DNA of 64,000 nucleotides from Aquificaceae bacterium. Its GTDB lineage: Bacteria > Aquificota > Aquificia > Aquificales > Aquificaceae. The stretch covers positions 544,001 through 608,000 of the forward strand of contig JAXSNR010000001.1 in the NCBI GenBank assembly GCA_037925075.1, given 5' to 3'. Of the stretch, positions 1 to 10,406 are shown piece by piece (within the stretch, counting starts at the first letter, position 1; each line of letters begins with the position of its first letter). The translations under genes were made by a program, and so were the position numbers. The notes beneath the pieces were generated by a model that saw nothing but the letters and a program-made list of their open reading frames with translations, was not told the DNA's origin and searched no databases.

Positions 1-1392
1 GGCGTTGACCTGTGGCTTGAAAGTACCCCTCTAAGAGAAGAAGGCATGAAACCCTTTGAAATACTCCTCTCCGAAAGCCAAGAGAGGATGATACTTGTAA
101 CACAAGAAGATAAGGTATCAAGGCTTATGGACCTTGCCAAATACTACCATCTTGAAGGTGCGGTGGTAGGAAGGCTTACAGAGAGCGGGCTTTTTAGGGC
201 TTATTACGAAGGTCAAGTGGTGGCGGAGCTTCCCGTAAGCCTCATAGTGGAAGAGGCCCCCGTCTATGAAAAACCCTATTCAGAACCCGCCTACATAAAA
301 ACAGTTTGGAGTTTTAATCAGAGAAGCCTCCCAGAAGTAAACTTGGAAGAAGCCATACTCAAAGTTTTAACTTCTCCAAACGTAGCCTCCAAAGAGTGGA
401 TATACAGCCAGTATGACTATCAGGTGGGCACAAACACCCTTTTAAAACCCGGCGGGGATGCGTCAGTTCTAAGGGTCAAGTGGGTCAAAAAGCCAGAGCT
501 AAGGAGCGAAAGATTTATAGCAATCACCGCAGAAGGTAATTCAAGGATGTTTTTCCTTGACCCCTACGAAGGTGGCAAGTATGCGGTCGCGGAAGCCTTG
601 AGAAACCTTGCATGCGTTGGTGCAAAACCTCTGGGAATAACCGACTGCCTAAACTTTGGAAATCCAGACAGGCCGGAAATCATGTGGCAGTTGGTGAGGG
701 CTATAGAGGGCATATCGGACGCTTGCAGGTTCTTTGAGGTACCCGTGGTAAGCGGGAACGTTTCCCTATACAACGAGACTGTGGAAAAAGAAGAGATAAG
801 AAACGTATACCCAACACCCATATTGGTGGCGGTGGGCTATTTAGAGTCTGGAAGGTTTATTGACCACAGCTTTAAAGAGGAGGGAGATGTTATCTTTCTG
901 GTGGGGGACATAAGGAGGGAGTTTTCCCTTGCGGGCAGTGAGTACCTAAGGGTGGTGCATGGGAAAGTGGCAGGCAGGACTCCTTATGTGGACCTTGAAA
1001 AGGAAAAGAAGCTACATACCCTTCTTATAGAGCTCGTAGGGAAAGGGCTTCTCAGGTCCGCCCACGATGTGTCTGTGGGAGGGCTTGTGATAACTCTTTT
1101 TGAGAGTGTCTTTGGCACAGGTTTGGGAGTTGATATAAACCTTTACATGGAAAACAGGCTTGACCAGTTTCTCTTTTCAGAAAACCCTACCTTGGTGGTG
1201 GTGAGCTTGAGAAAAGAAGATGCGGAAGCCTTTAAGGACCTTGTGGAAGAACAAGGCCTTGACTGGCTATTTTTGGGAAGGGTAAAGGAGGAACAGTTTT
1301 TTACCCTGACCAACAACGACGAAAAAATCCTTGAGCTTCCTGTGAGGTCTATTGAAAAGTTATGGAAAGAAGCCTTAAAAGACCTGTTTTAG
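1..1392 (+). CDS. purL: Phosphoribosylformylglycinamidine synthase subunit PurL (5' end lies outside the window)
   Basis: Frame is open from base 1; motifs LLSESQERM, QYDYQVG, TDCLNFGNP, VSGNVSLYNE, SAHDVSVGG. Confidence 0.96.
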   Translation, partial: GVDLWLESTPLREEGMKPFEILLSESQERMILVTQEDKVSRLMDLAKYYHLEGAVVGRLTESGLFRAYYEGQVVAELPVSLIVEEAPVYEKPYSEPAYIKTVWSFNQRSLPEVNLEEAILKVLTSPNVASKEWIYSQYDYQVGTNTLLKPGGDASVLRVKWVKKPELRSERFIAITAEGNSRMFFLDPYEGGKYAVAEALRNLACVGAKPLGITDCLNFGNPDRPEIMWQLVRAIEGISDACRFFEVPVVSGNVSLYNETVEKEEIRNVYPTPILVAVGYLESGRFIDHSFKEEGDVIFLVGDIRREFSLAGSEYLRVVHGKVAGRTPYVDLEKEKKLHTLLIELVGKGLLRSAHDVSVGGLVITLFESVFGTGLGVDINLYMENRLDQFLFSENPTLVVVSLRKEDAEAFKDLVEEQGLDWLFLGRVKEEQFFTLTNNDEKILELPVRSIEKLWKEALKDLF

Positions 1393-1838
1393 TATATTGG
1401 ATCAGTACCCTTTTGGTCTTGTTTCTTGACCTTATTACCAAGGAGCTTGCGGAAGCCTATCTTAAGGACAGGGACATAAGCCTTTTACCTTTCCTTCACC
1501 TTGTACTGGTTTACAACAAGGGCGTCGCCTTTGGCCTTTTTGCCAACGCTCCAGATTTTTTAAGACTTCCCCTTCTTTTTATAACCCCGCTGGTCGCCCT
1601 TGTTATAACTTTTCTGTATGCCATAAGGGTAAAAGGTGTGCTTGTTCCCATACTTATGGGTATGGTGGGTGGAGGAGCCCTTGGAAACCTTTATGACAGG
1701 GCTTTACTTGGACAAGTAAGAGACTTTGTGTACCTTTCTTACGGAGGGCTTTCTTGGCCAGCCTTTAACCTTGCGGATGCCAGTGTAAGCGTAGCCATAG
1801 TGCTTCTTTTCCTAAGAGAGGCCTTAAAAAAATGGTAG
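1362..1838 (+). CDS. lspA: Lipoprotein signal peptidase II
   Basis: NKGVAFG, GGALGNLYDR, VRDF, PAFNLAD motifs; about 4 hydrophobic segments. Confidence 0.95.
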   Translation: MERSLKRPVLVYWISTLLVLFLDLITKELAEAYLKDRDISLLPFLHLVLVYNKGVAFGLFANAPDFLRLPLLFITPLVALVITFLYAIRVKGVLVPILMGMVGGGALGNLYDRALLGQVRDFVYLSYGGLSWPAFNLADASVSVAIVLLFLREALKKW

Positions 1839-1871
1839 CAAAGGCTAAAAATTTTGTTATATTCTATCCCT

Positions 1872-2141
1872 ATGGTGGAGAAAATAGCTCATCTTGCCAG
1901 ACTAAGGCTTACAGAGGAGGAAAAGGAATACTTTGATAAACAACTCAAAAGCATACTGCACTTTGTGGAACAACTGCAGGAGGTTGACACTTCAAAGGTA
2001 GAAGCCTTTACTTCCCCCTTTGAGGAAACACCCATGAGAGAGGATGAGCCCGTAAAAGCTTTTGAGCCCCAGTTGGTCTTGCAGAAGGCTCCAAAGGCAG
2101 AGGGAAGCTTTTTTGTGGTGCCAAGAGTGGTAGAATATTAA
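1872..2141 (+). CDS. gatC: Asp/Glu-tRNA amidotransferase subunit C
   Basis: IAHLARL N-terminus, REDE, FFVVPRVVE C-terminus; ATG 1872 preferred to the TTG at 1854. Confidence 0.92.
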   Translation: MVEKIAHLARLRLTEEEKEYFDKQLKSILHFVEQLQEVDTSKVEAFTSPFEETPMREDEPVKAFEPQLVLQKAPKAEGSFFVVPRVVEY

Positions 2142-2153
2142 GAGGAGAGGCGT

Positions 2154-3176
2154 ATGATAGAAGAGGTACAAAAGGAAGCTCTTGAGAAGAGGAAGGCGTT
2201 AGAAAACGCCATGGTAAGCATAGAGAGGCGTTTTGGTAAGGGTTCCATAATGCCTCTCAAGAAGGCGGAAAAGGTAAAGGTGGATGTGATACCCACGGGC
2301 TCCATAGCCCTTGATATAGCCACTGGTATAGGGGGAATTCCAAAGGGAAGGGTTATAGAAATCTTCGGTCCTGAATCCTCTGGCAAGACAACGCTTGCTT
2401 TACATATAATAGCGGAAGCCCAAAAAAAAGGAGGGATAGCGGTTTTTATAGACGCGGAGCATGCCCTTGACCCCAAGTATGCAGAGAAGATAGGAGTTGA
2501 CACGGAAAACCTTTACATATCTCAACCAGACTACGGAGAGCAAGCTCTTGAAATAGCGGAAAGCCTTATAGCAAGCAATGCGGTTGATGTTATAGTGGTA
2601 GACTCGGTGGCCGCTTTGGTACCCAAAGATGAATTAGAGGGTGAAATAGGAGAAGCCCATGTGGGAAAACAGGCACGACTCATGTCCCAAGCCCTAAGAA
2701 AGTTAAAGGGTATGGCTCACAAGGCAAACACCGCCATAATCTTCATAAACCAGCTAAGAGAGAAGATAGGGGTTATGTTTGGAAACCCGGAAACCACGCC
2801 CGGCGGTAGGGCCCTAAAGTTCTTTGCGGACATGAGGCTTGATGTAAGACGTGTAGGAGAAGTTAAAGATGGAGGAGAGAAGACCGGCAACAGGGTAAGG
2901 GTAAAGGTGGTAAAAAACAAGCTTGCTCCACCCTTCCAAGAGGCGGAGTTTGATGTGCTTTATGGAGAAGGCATATGTAAGCTTTGCGACCTTATAGACG
3001 TGGCAAGCGAGCTAAAGGTGATAAACAAAAGCGGTGCGTGGTACAGCTATGGCGATATAAGGCTTGGGCAAGGTAAAGAACAGGCAAAGAAGTTTCTTAT
3101 GGAAAACCCTGAAATTGCTCAAGAGATAGAGAAAAAGGTAAGGGAGGTCGCAGGACTTGCTACAGCTGATACTTAA
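2154..3176 (+). CDS. recA: Recombinase RecA
   Basis: [42 protein letters not shown]. Confidence 0.99.
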   Translation: MIEEVQKEALEKRKALENAMVSIERRFGKGSIMPLKKAEKVKVDVIPTGSIALDIATGIGGIPKGRVIEIFGPESSGKTTLALHIIAEAQKKGGIAVFIDAEHALDPKYAEKIGVDTENLYISQPDYGEQALEIAESLIASNAVDVIVVDSVAALVPKDELEGEIGEAHVGKQARLMSQALRKLKGMAHKANTAIIFINQLREKIGVMFGNPETTPGGRALKFFADMRLDVRRVGEVKDGGEKTGNRVRVKVVKNKLAPPFQEAEFDVLYGEGICKLCDLIDVASELKVINKSGAWYSYGDIRLGQGKEQAKKFLMENPEIAQEIEKKVREVAGLATADT

Positions 3177-4254
3177 AAAGGCAATAGAGCTTGGTGCTTC
3201 AGACATACACATAAAAACAGGTTCCGTGCCAATAGTAAGAGTTAAAAAGAAACTCCAAAGACTTGAGGACTTTCCTGTGCTGGATGAAAAGGTGATGGAG
3301 CTTATAGTCAGAGAGGTGTTGGAGAAGAACCGTAAAAAGATGGCAGAATTTGAAGAGTATGGAGAGACAGATACCTCTTACTCTCTTCCTGGTGTATCTC
3401 GCTTCCGTGTTAATGTCTACAAACAAAGAACAGCCGTAGGCCTTGCCTTTAGAACTGTTCCTTATAAAGTGCCCTCCTTTGAAAGCTTGAACCTCCCTGA
3501 GGTCATGAAAAGAGTGGTGCTTGAACATACCAAGGGCCTTATCCTTGTTACAGGACCAACGGGCTCCGGCAAGTCCACAACTCTTGCTTCGCTCATAGAA
3601 ATCATAAACTCCACAAGGGACGATGTGATAGTCACAATAGAAGACCCTATAGAGTACCTTTTTAAGGATAATAGAGCCTACATAGTTCAGAGGGAAGTTG
3701 GTATAGATACCTCTTCCTTTGCAAGAGGCCTGAGGGCAGCATTAAGAGAGGACCCAGATGTGATAATGGTGGGTGAAATAAGAGACCCAGAAACCGCTCA
3801 GATAGCCTTGCAAGCTGCGGAAACAGGCCACTTAGTTATGTCCACCTTGCACACCCTTGACGCAAAGGAGACCATAAACAGGGTAATAGGTATGTTTAGC
3901 CTTGAGGTCCGAGAGCAGATAAGAATACAGCTTGCGGAAACATTGGTTGCCATATTTTCTCAGAGACTGCTTCCAAGGGCGGACGGTAAGGGGATAGTGC
4001 CCGCGGTGGAAGTGCTTTTGAACACCGCCTCCATAAGGGAGGCAATTGTAGACACTACCAAGTTTGATGATATACCTCTTTTAATTGAAAAGGGGAGGTC
4101 CGTCTACGGAACACAGCTCTTTGACCAACATCTTGAAGAGCTTTACAGAAAGGGCCTTATTGACTACAACACCACACTCAGGTATGCCAGCAGACCAACA
4201 GACTTAGAGCTTAGGCTTAAAGGTATAGCTTCTGGAGGTAGAGGCTTTATCTAA
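3157..4254 (+). CDS. PilT/PilU-family type IV pilus retraction ATPase
   Basis: [53 protein letters not shown]; PilT versus PilU not resolved. Confidence 0.9.
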   Translation: MLQLILKKAIELGASDIHIKTGSVPIVRVKKKLQRLEDFPVLDEKVMELIVREVLEKNRKKMAEFEEYGETDTSYSLPGVSRFRVNVYKQRTAVGLAFRTVPYKVPSFESLNLPEVMKRVVLEHTKGLILVTGPTGSGKSTTLASLIEIINSTRDDVIVTIEDPIEYLFKDNRAYIVQREVGIDTSSFARGLRAALREDPDVIMVGEIRDPETAQIALQAAETGHLVMSTLHTLDAKETINRVIGMFSLEVREQIRIQLAETLVAIFSQRLLPRADGKGIVPAVEVLLNTASIREAIVDTTKFDDIPLLIEKGRSVYGTQLFDQHLEELYRKGLIDYNTTLRYASRPTDLELRLKGIASGGRGFI

Positions 4255-4895
4255 TGAAGATAGCCATAGATGGTCCTGCGGGAAGTGGAAAAAGCACAGT
4301 AGCCCGTCAAGTTTCCAAAAGGCTCAACATACCCTACCTAAACACAGGGCTTGTTTACAGAGCCTTTGCCTATATGTACAAAGAAGAGAAACCAGAGGAT
4401 CCCTTAAGGCTTTTTGAAAACCCGCCAGAGGTGAAACTGCTACCCGGGGAAACGAGGGTTTTTTACAAAGGAAGGGACATAAGCCAGCTTCTTACATCGG
4501 AAGAAATAGGAGGCGTTGCTTCTCAAATAGCAAGCTTGCCAGCCTTTAGGGAGAGGATAAATCTCTTTTTTAGGGCTTTGGTGGGTGATGGGCAGGTGGT
4601 CGCAGAAGGCAGAGATGTGGGAACTCACATATTTCCAGACGCTCCCGTGAAGATATTCCTGACCGCCTCTGCAGAGGAGAGGGCAAGAAGAAGGTGTGCT
4701 CAGCTTATGTCAGAAGGCATATCCGCCAACTACGAGGAGGTACTCAAAGCCATATTAGAAAGGGACGAAAGGGACAAAAACAGGCCCCTTTATCCCTTTA
4801 GACCTGCGGAGGATGCCATAGTGATAGATACCACAAGCCTAAAGCCTGAAGAGGTGGTGGAAAAAATCCTAAGCCTTTTAAAAGAAAGGGTATAA
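4254..4895 (+). CDS. cmk: Cytidylate kinase
   Basis: IAIDGPAGSGKST, EGRDVGT, KIFLTASAEERARRR. Confidence 0.95.
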   Translation: MKIAIDGPAGSGKSTVARQVSKRLNIPYLNTGLVYRAFAYMYKEEKPEDPLRLFENPPEVKLLPGETRVFYKGRDISQLLTSEEIGGVASQIASLPAFRERINLFFRALVGDGQVVAEGRDVGTHIFPDAPVKIFLTASAEERARRRCAQLMSEGISANYEEVLKAILERDERDKNRPLYPFRPAEDAIVIDTTSLKPEEVVEKILSLLKERV

Positions 4896-4902
4896 TTTTC
4901 CT

Positions 4903-5901
4903 ATGAAAGACTTCTGGTTCTGGGTAGAAGATTACGACAAAAAGCTTATTACCACAGCCCTTGAATCGGGTGCAAGCGTTATACTCCTTTCTGACCCCTC
5001 CAAGGTGCAAGAGGTAAAGGCTCTTGGAAGGGTGCTTGTGGCTTCAAAGGATGGTGGCGACCTAAAGGAAGGACAAGACTATGTGTATGTGCTCATAAAG
5101 GGTAAAGAGGACGAAGAAAAAGCGGGTAGATACCCACCTCACATAAAGGTCATCGTGGAAACCACCGACTGGACCATCATACCCCTTGAAAACCTAATAG
5201 CCCAAAGGGAAGAGCTTTATGCGGTGGTGAAAAACGAAGAAGAAGCAAGACTTGCCATTAGGGTATTAGAGAAGGGAGTAAAGGGTATAGTTTTGAAGAC
5301 AAGGGACATAAACACCATAAAAAGGGTGGGAAAGGTGCTTGAGGAGGAGGAAGAAAGGCTTCCGCTCGTGGTGGTCAAAATAACCAAAATACTACCCCTT
5401 GGGCTTGGTGATAGAGTATGCGTAGATACCACATCCATGCTAAAAAGAGGCGAGGGCATGCTTGTGGGAAACTCCTCGGGTGGTATGTTTTTGGTGCATG
5501 CGGAAACGGAGGAAAACCCCTATGTGGCATCAAGGCCCTTTAGAGTTAATGCGGGTGCGGTGCATATGTACATAAGGGTACCAGAAAACAAAACCAAGTA
5601 TCTGTGCGAGCTTTCCGCGGGAGACCCTGTTATGGTCTATGACCATCAAGGAAGGGGAAGGCTTGTGTATGTGGGCAGGGCAAAGGTGGAAAGAAGGCCT
5701 ATGCTCTTGGTGGAAGGAAAGTATGAAAACAAAAAGGTAAGTGCCGTACTTCAGAACGCTGAGACCATAAGGCTTACCAAGCCAGATGGAACTCCCATCT
5801 CTGTAGCAGACCTAAAAGAAGGGGACGAAGTTTTAGGCTATGTGGAAGAGGCAGGTAGGCACTTTGGCATGAAGGTGGAGGAGACCATAACGGAGAAGTG
5901 A
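4903..5901 (+). CDS. 3-dehydroquinate synthase II (archaeal-type AroB')
   Basis: [45 protein letters not shown]. Confidence 0.93.
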   Translation: MKDFWFWVEDYDKKLITTALESGASVILLSDPSKVQEVKALGRVLVASKDGGDLKEGQDYVYVLIKGKEDEEKAGRYPPHIKVIVETTDWTIIPLENLIAQREELYAVVKNEEEARLAIRVLEKGVKGIVLKTRDINTIKRVGKVLEEEEERLPLVVVKITKILPLGLGDRVCVDTTSMLKRGEGMLVGNSSGGMFLVHAETEENPYVASRPFRVNAGAVHMYIRVPENKTKYLCELSAGDPVMVYDHQGRGRLVYVGRAKVERRPMLLVEGKYENKKVSAVLQNAETIRLTKPDGTPISVADLKEGDEVLGYVEEAGRHFGMKVEETITEK

Positions 5902-7295
5902 TATTAAAAGAAGTCCTCTCTTTGGCAAAGGGCATAACCTCAAACTCAAAGGAAGTTCAGCAAGGCTACATCTTTGTTGCCATAGAAGGCACTCAGCTTG
6001 ATGGTCACCAGTTTGTGGAAGAAGCTTTACAAAGGGGTGCAAGCTATGTGCTTGTGGAGAAGGAGCTAAAAAACGCAGACCCACGCATAATAAAAGTGGA
6101 GGACACAAAAAAGGCCCTTGGTGAGCTTGCAAACCTCTTTTACGGCGAGCCCTCAAAGGGCCTTAAGGTAATAGGTATCACAGGCACCAACGGAAAAACC
6201 ACAAGCACCCACATAGTAGAATCCATACTAAACAAAGCGGGAATAAAGACAGGTCTTATAGGTACCATATACTACAGGCTTGGAGAGCGGATTTACGAGT
6301 ACGAGGGGAGGACTACACCGGACCCAATAAAGTGGCACTCTACCTTAAAGGCTATGAAGGAAGAGGGGGCAAAGGCGGTGGTTTGTGAGGTTTCTTCTCA
6401 TGCCTTGGAGCAAAAAAGGGTCTGGGGCACACGCTTTTATGCGGTAGCCTTTACAAACCTAAGCCAAGACCACCTTGACTACCATAAAACCATGGAAAAC
6501 TACTTCCTTGCCAAGGCATCACTCTTTACCCACTACGAATATGAACATGCTCTAATAAACGCGGACGACCCTTGGGGCAAAAGGCTCATTGGTATGGCAA
6601 AAGGTGTAAAGACCTACGGAATGGAAGGGGACTTAAAGATTCTGGACTTTTCCACAGACTTTGAGGGCTCAAGGCTTAAGGTGGAGTACGAAGGAAAAAC
6701 TTACCGCTTTTTCTCCAACCTAAGGGGAAGCTTTCAGGCTTACAACCTATCCCTTGGCATACTTTTGTGCTTCCTTTGGGGGCTTAAAGAGGAGACAATC
6801 CAAGCTGGTATAAGGCAAGTGCAAGTCCCGGGTAGGTTTGAAACCTACAAGGGCAACGGCTTTGTGGTGGTAATAGATTACGCCCACACGCCCGACGCTT
6901 TGGAGAAGGTGCTAAGGACAGCAAAAGGTCTTTCCAAAAATAGGTTAATCGCGGTTTTTGGTGCTGGTGGCAACAGGGACAGAAAAAAGAGGCCTCTTAT
7001 GGGAAAGGTTGCACAGGAGATTGCGGACTTGGTGGTGCTTACCTCCGACAATCCAAGGTTTGAGGAGCCAGAAGCCATAATACAGGACATACTGGAAGGT
7101 GTGCAGGAAAAAAGCAAGGTACTTGTAGAGCCAGACAGGAGAAAAGCCATTGAGCTTGCCATAAGCATGGCACAGGAGGGGGACGTTGTTGTGATAGCGG
7201 GCAAGGGACACGAAGACTATCAGGAAATAAAGGGTGTAAAATATCCCTTTAAAGACTCAGAAGTGGTCAAGGAGGTCCTAAGTGTGCGACTTTGA
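5898..7295 (+). CDS. murE: UDP-MurNAc-Ala-Glu:meso-diaminopimelate ligase
   Basis: GITGTNGKTT, EVSSH, DHLDYH, DYAHTPD, SDNPR, AGKGHEDYQ. Confidence 0.96.
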   Translation: MILKEVLSLAKGITSNSKEVQQGYIFVAIEGTQLDGHQFVEEALQRGASYVLVEKELKNADPRIIKVEDTKKALGELANLFYGEPSKGLKVIGITGTNGKTTSTHIVESILNKAGIKTGLIGTIYYRLGERIYEYEGRTTPDPIKWHSTLKAMKEEGAKAVVCEVSSHALEQKRVWGTRFYAVAFTNLSQDHLDYHKTMENYFLAKASLFTHYEYEHALINADDPWGKRLIGMAKGVKTYGMEGDLKILDFSTDFEGSRLKVEYEGKTYRFFSNLRGSFQAYNLSLGILLCFLWGLKEETIQAGIRQVQVPGRFETYKGNGFVVVIDYAHTPDALEKVLRTAKGLSKNRLIAVFGAGGNRDRKKRPLMGKVAQEIADLVVLTSDNPRFEEPEAIIQDILEGVQEKSKVLVEPDRRKAIELAISMAQEGDVVVIAGKGHEDYQEIKGVKYPFKDSEVVKEVLSVRL

Positions 7296-7542
7296 AACTC
7301 TTCATTACAGCCTCAAGGAAGAGCTACTTAACCTTTTTAAAGAAGCGGACACACCACAGCCAAGGGTGAAGATAACAAGCCTAAAGAGCGGTAAGGTATG
7401 CGGTCTTGCCAATTTGGCAAAGCTTATCCTTTACTTTGAAAGGGAGGGCTATGTGGTGGTGCTAAACAAGGAAGAGGACTACAGGGAATGGGAGATACAG
7501 ATAGAAGCGGGCATACTTGACCTTATTCTTGGATACGGATAA
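7282..7542 (+). CDS. Small hypothetical protein (86 aa)
   Basis: Fills the gap between murE and gnd with host-like codon usage; GTG start overlapping the murE end. Confidence 0.7.
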   Translation: MCDFETLHYSLKEELLNLFKEADTPQPRVKITSLKSGKVCGLANLAKLILYFEREGYVVVLNKEEDYREWEIQIEAGILDLILGYG

Positions 7543-7545
7543 AAT
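7517..7545 (+). promoter_or_regulatory. Sigma70-type promoter for gnd (probably leaderless)
   Basis: TTGACC(7517-22)-17 bp-TAAAAT(7540-45); ATG 7 nt later; no Shine-Dalgarno. Confidence 0.65.
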
Positions 7546-7552
7546 TTGAACC

Positions 7553-8446
7553 ATGAAGCTTTTTATGATAGGCTTGGGGAGGATGGGGCTTGGTATGTCA
7601 AGAAGGCTTATATCAAAGGGGCATAAGGTGGTGGGCTACGATGCAAGCCCGCAGACAAGGGAAGGGGCAAAGGCTTATATGGAGGTGATCCATAGCTTTG
7701 AACAAATACCAAAAGAAGAGGAAAAGCTTTTGTGGCTTATGGTGCCTCACGATGTGGTGGATAAGGTCCTTGAGGATATAAAGCCTTACCTTAGGGAAGG
7801 GGATGTGGTGGTGGATGGGGGAAACAGCTACTACAAAGATTCTCAGAGAAGATACGAAAGGCTTAAGGCTTTTGGCGTGAGCTTTTTGGATGTGGGTGTG
7901 AGCGGTGGAGTTTATGGGGAAGAGCTGGGCTACTGCCTTATGGTGGGAGGTGAAAGGTCCGCCTTTGAGAAGATAGAAGCAATTTTGAAGGATCTGTCCT
8001 ACGAAGGAAAAGGTTATGCCTACCTTGGTACTTCCGGTGCGGGGCACTTTGCCAAGATGGTGCACAACGGCATAGAATACGCCTTTATGCAGGCTATAGG
8101 TGAGGGCTTTGAGCTTTTAAAGGAAAGTGGTTTTAACTATGACCTAAAAGAGGTGGCACGCATATACAACACGGGAAGCGTTATTCGTAGCTGGCTTATG
8201 GAACTCACTCAAAAGGTCTTTGAGGATTTTGGAGACTTGGAAGGTATAAAGGCCTATGTGGAGGACACGGGGGAAGGACGCTGGACGGTGGAAGAGGCCA
8301 TAAAAAGGGCTGTGCCAGTGCCTACCATAGCGGAAGCCCTCTTTGCCCGCTTTCGCTCAAGACAGGAAAACTCCTTTAGGGACAGGCTTTTGGCAGGCCT
8401 TAGGTTTGAGTTTGGAAGGCATCAGGTAAAGCAAAAGAATGAATAA
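7553..8446 (+). CDS. gnd: 6-phosphogluconate dehydrogenase (short-chain, decarboxylating)
   Basis: GLGRMG, VDGGNS, DVGVSGG, AGHFAKMVHNGIEY, EGRWT, FGRH. Confidence 0.95.
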   Translation: MKLFMIGLGRMGLGMSRRLISKGHKVVGYDASPQTREGAKAYMEVIHSFEQIPKEEEKLLWLMVPHDVVDKVLEDIKPYLREGDVVVDGGNSYYKDSQRRYERLKAFGVSFLDVGVSGGVYGEELGYCLMVGGERSAFEKIEAILKDLSYEGKGYAYLGTSGAGHFAKMVHNGIEYAFMQAIGEGFELLKESGFNYDLKEVARIYNTGSVIRSWLMELTQKVFEDFGDLEGIKAYVEDTGEGRWTVEEAIKRAVPVPTIAEALFARFRSRQENSFRDRLLAGLRFEFGRHQVKQKNE

Positions 8447-9734
8447 GAGTTTTTCCCTTTTTATCTTTGGTGGCACGGGAGACCTTGCAAAAAGAAAGCT
8501 ACTTCCATCTATCTCAAGGCTTTACTCTAAAGGCTATTTAAAGGGGCTTGACAAGGTCTATTCCTTGGCAAGAAGCAAGCGGGAGGATTGGGAGAGAGTA
8601 GCCTGTAAGTTAGACAAAGGCTTTGGGAAGCTGTGCCACTTTATACCTTTTGACGCCAAAGATTGGAACTCTTACGTGGAGCTTGGAAAGGTTATAGAAA
8701 AGCTAAAAGGTCAGGAGCTTATCTTTTTCCTTTCCCTCAGTCCCTACCTTTTTGAGGATGCTATAAGAAACCTCGGAAAACTTCTTAGAAACTACACAAA
8801 CCCGAGAAAGATTGTGGTGGAAAAGCCCTTTGGCTTTGACCTGACCTCCGCCAAAAGGCTAAACGACCTTTTGCACCGGTATTTTATAGAAGAGGAGATA
8901 TACCGCATAGACCACTTTCTTGGAAAGGATACCATTCAAAACCTTTTCTCCCTTAGGTTTTCCAACATCATATTTGAAGGCATATGGAACAGAAGCTTTA
9001 TAGACCATGTGAGAATACTCGCCCTTGAAAAGGTAGGTGTAGAAGGAAGAGGAGAGTTTTACGACAAGGTGGGAGCCATAAGGGATATGCTTCAAAACCA
9101 CATGCTTCAGATGCTTGCCTTTACCGCCATGGAGCCACCCGCCTATATGTCAGAGAAATACATAAGAGACGAAAAGGTAAAGGTGCTCAAAAACACACGC
9201 ATTGAAAAGCTCATAAGAGGTCAGTACGAAGGCTATCTTAGGGATGTGGGAGTGGAAAGCTCAAAGACGGAGACCTTTGTAGCTTGTAAGATTTTTGTGG
9301 ATAACTTCCGCTGGCACGGAGTGCCCTTTTACCTGATAACAGGAAAAGCCCTTTCTAAAAAACTAACTCAAATAGAGATTGTTTTTAGAGAAATCCCACA
9401 GAGCCTTACAAAGCTACTGGATTGTAAGCCCCACCAAAACAAGATTATCTTTCAGACCGCACCCGAAAGCAAGCTTCAGATATTCTTTGAGCTAAGACCA
9501 CCCACAGGCAAGTTTATAGCCTGCCCTGTGGAAACCTCCATAGAGTACAAGTTTCCCTCAGAGTTTGAAGACGCCTATGAGGTGCTACTCCTTGACATTG
9601 TAGAGGGAGACCAATCTCTTTTTATAAGGGCTGATGAAATAGAAGCCATGTGGGAAGTGGTGGAGCCTTACCTTAACCTTGAAGAGGAGCCGTTTGTTTA
9701 TAGTTCGGATTTTGAAATTCAGAGGGTGGATTAA
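8439..9734 (+). CDS. zwf: Glucose-6-phosphate 1-dehydrogenase
   Basis: GGTGDLAKRKL, VEKPFG, RIDHFLGK, RDMLQNH, RWHGVPFYLITGK. Confidence 0.96.
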   Translation: MNKSFSLFIFGGTGDLAKRKLLPSISRLYSKGYLKGLDKVYSLARSKREDWERVACKLDKGFGKLCHFIPFDAKDWNSYVELGKVIEKLKGQELIFFLSLSPYLFEDAIRNLGKLLRNYTNPRKIVVEKPFGFDLTSAKRLNDLLHRYFIEEEIYRIDHFLGKDTIQNLFSLRFSNIIFEGIWNRSFIDHVRILALEKVGVEGRGEFYDKVGAIRDMLQNHMLQMLAFTAMEPPAYMSEKYIRDEKVKVLKNTRIEKLIRGQYEGYLRDVGVESSKTETFVACKIFVDNFRWHGVPFYLITGKALSKKLTQIEIVFREIPQSLTKLLDCKPHQNKIIFQTAPESKLQIFFELRPPTGKFIACPVETSIEYKFPSEFEDAYEVLLLDIVEGDQSLFIRADEIEAMWEVVEPYLNLEEEPFVYSSDFEIQRVD

Positions 9735-9750
9735 TAACGATGACAGCTTG

Positions 9751-10029
9751 CTAAGAAGTTTTATCTCTTCTTCTCTTTTTCGTAAAGCTCATTCTCTCTT
9801 CCTTCTTTTTGATTTCCCTTAAGGCGAATTCCACAATAAGAAATAAACTAAGAAATAACGCAAAATAAAAGATGTGTTTATCCCAATTTACTCGCTCTCC
9901 TTTGTAATAGTCATACAAAGGCAAAAGGATGTTCAAGATGATGCTCAATAATAGCAACAACCTTGCTGTTTCAAGCCTTGTTATAAGTCTTCTTATAAGC
10001 CTTCTGTCTGAAAAGAGTATTTTAAACAT
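9751..10029 (-). CDS. Small AT-rich hypothetical membrane protein (two TM segments, basic termini)
   Basis: 92-aa ORF, purine-rich AGAAGG upstream of the ATG, two hydrophobic runs; more AT-rich than flanking genes. Confidence 0.65.
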   Translation of the reverse strand: MFKILFSDRRLIRRLITRLETARLLLLLSIILNILLPLYDYYKGERVNWDKHIFYFALFLSLFLIVEFALREIKKKEERMSFTKKRRRDKTS

Positions 10030-10085
10030 TTTTACCTTCTTATTTTATAACCTTTCTCTACATTCTCAACTATGCAATCAGCAAC

Positions 10086-10180
10086 ATTTCAACTCCACAC
10101 GGTAGATTAGCAACAGCAATTATCGTGGGACTTTTACAGATTGGGAAAGCTCTTTCAACTCCACACGGTAGATTAGCAAC
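10086..10180 (-). CRISPR. Orphan mini CRISPR array: two 29-bp repeats, one 37-bp spacer
   Basis: Repeats at 10086-10114 and 10152-10180 are 28/29 identical (minus strand GTTGCTAATCTACCGTGTGGAGTTGAAAG, Aquificae-type with GAAA(G/C) 3' end); spacer 10115-10151; no cas genes in the window. Confidence 0.88.
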
Positions 10181-10310
10181 CTCAAAACACCACATAAAAA
10201 ATAATAAGAACTATCAAAGCTTTTGTCAATACCCTACCCTTTTCAAATAAAGGTGATTTGCCAAAAACTTCAGGTCGTGCAAGGTTGAGTGTGTTATTGT
10301 TAAATTTAAA
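10181..10310 (-). promoter_or_regulatory. Putative CRISPR leader
   Basis: AT-rich non-coding stretch abutting the 5' end (minus strand) of the intact repeat; far boundary approximate. Confidence 0.6.
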
Positions 10311-10312
10311 CC

Positions 10313-10406
10313 ATTGAAAAACAAGGCTTTGAGCTATACGCCGTATTACCGTAAAACCGTAATTATGTCTTTACGGCTTTATGGCATAACTAAAGCCCTA
10401 TTCAAT
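10313..10406. repeat. Long imperfect inverted repeat with 8-bp-period CCGTA units
   Basis: CCGTA at 10341, 10349, 10357 mirrored by TATGT/TACGG/TATGG at 10364, 10372, 10380; outer arms GGCTTT/AAAGCC and ATTGAA/TTCAAT. Confidence 0.7.
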
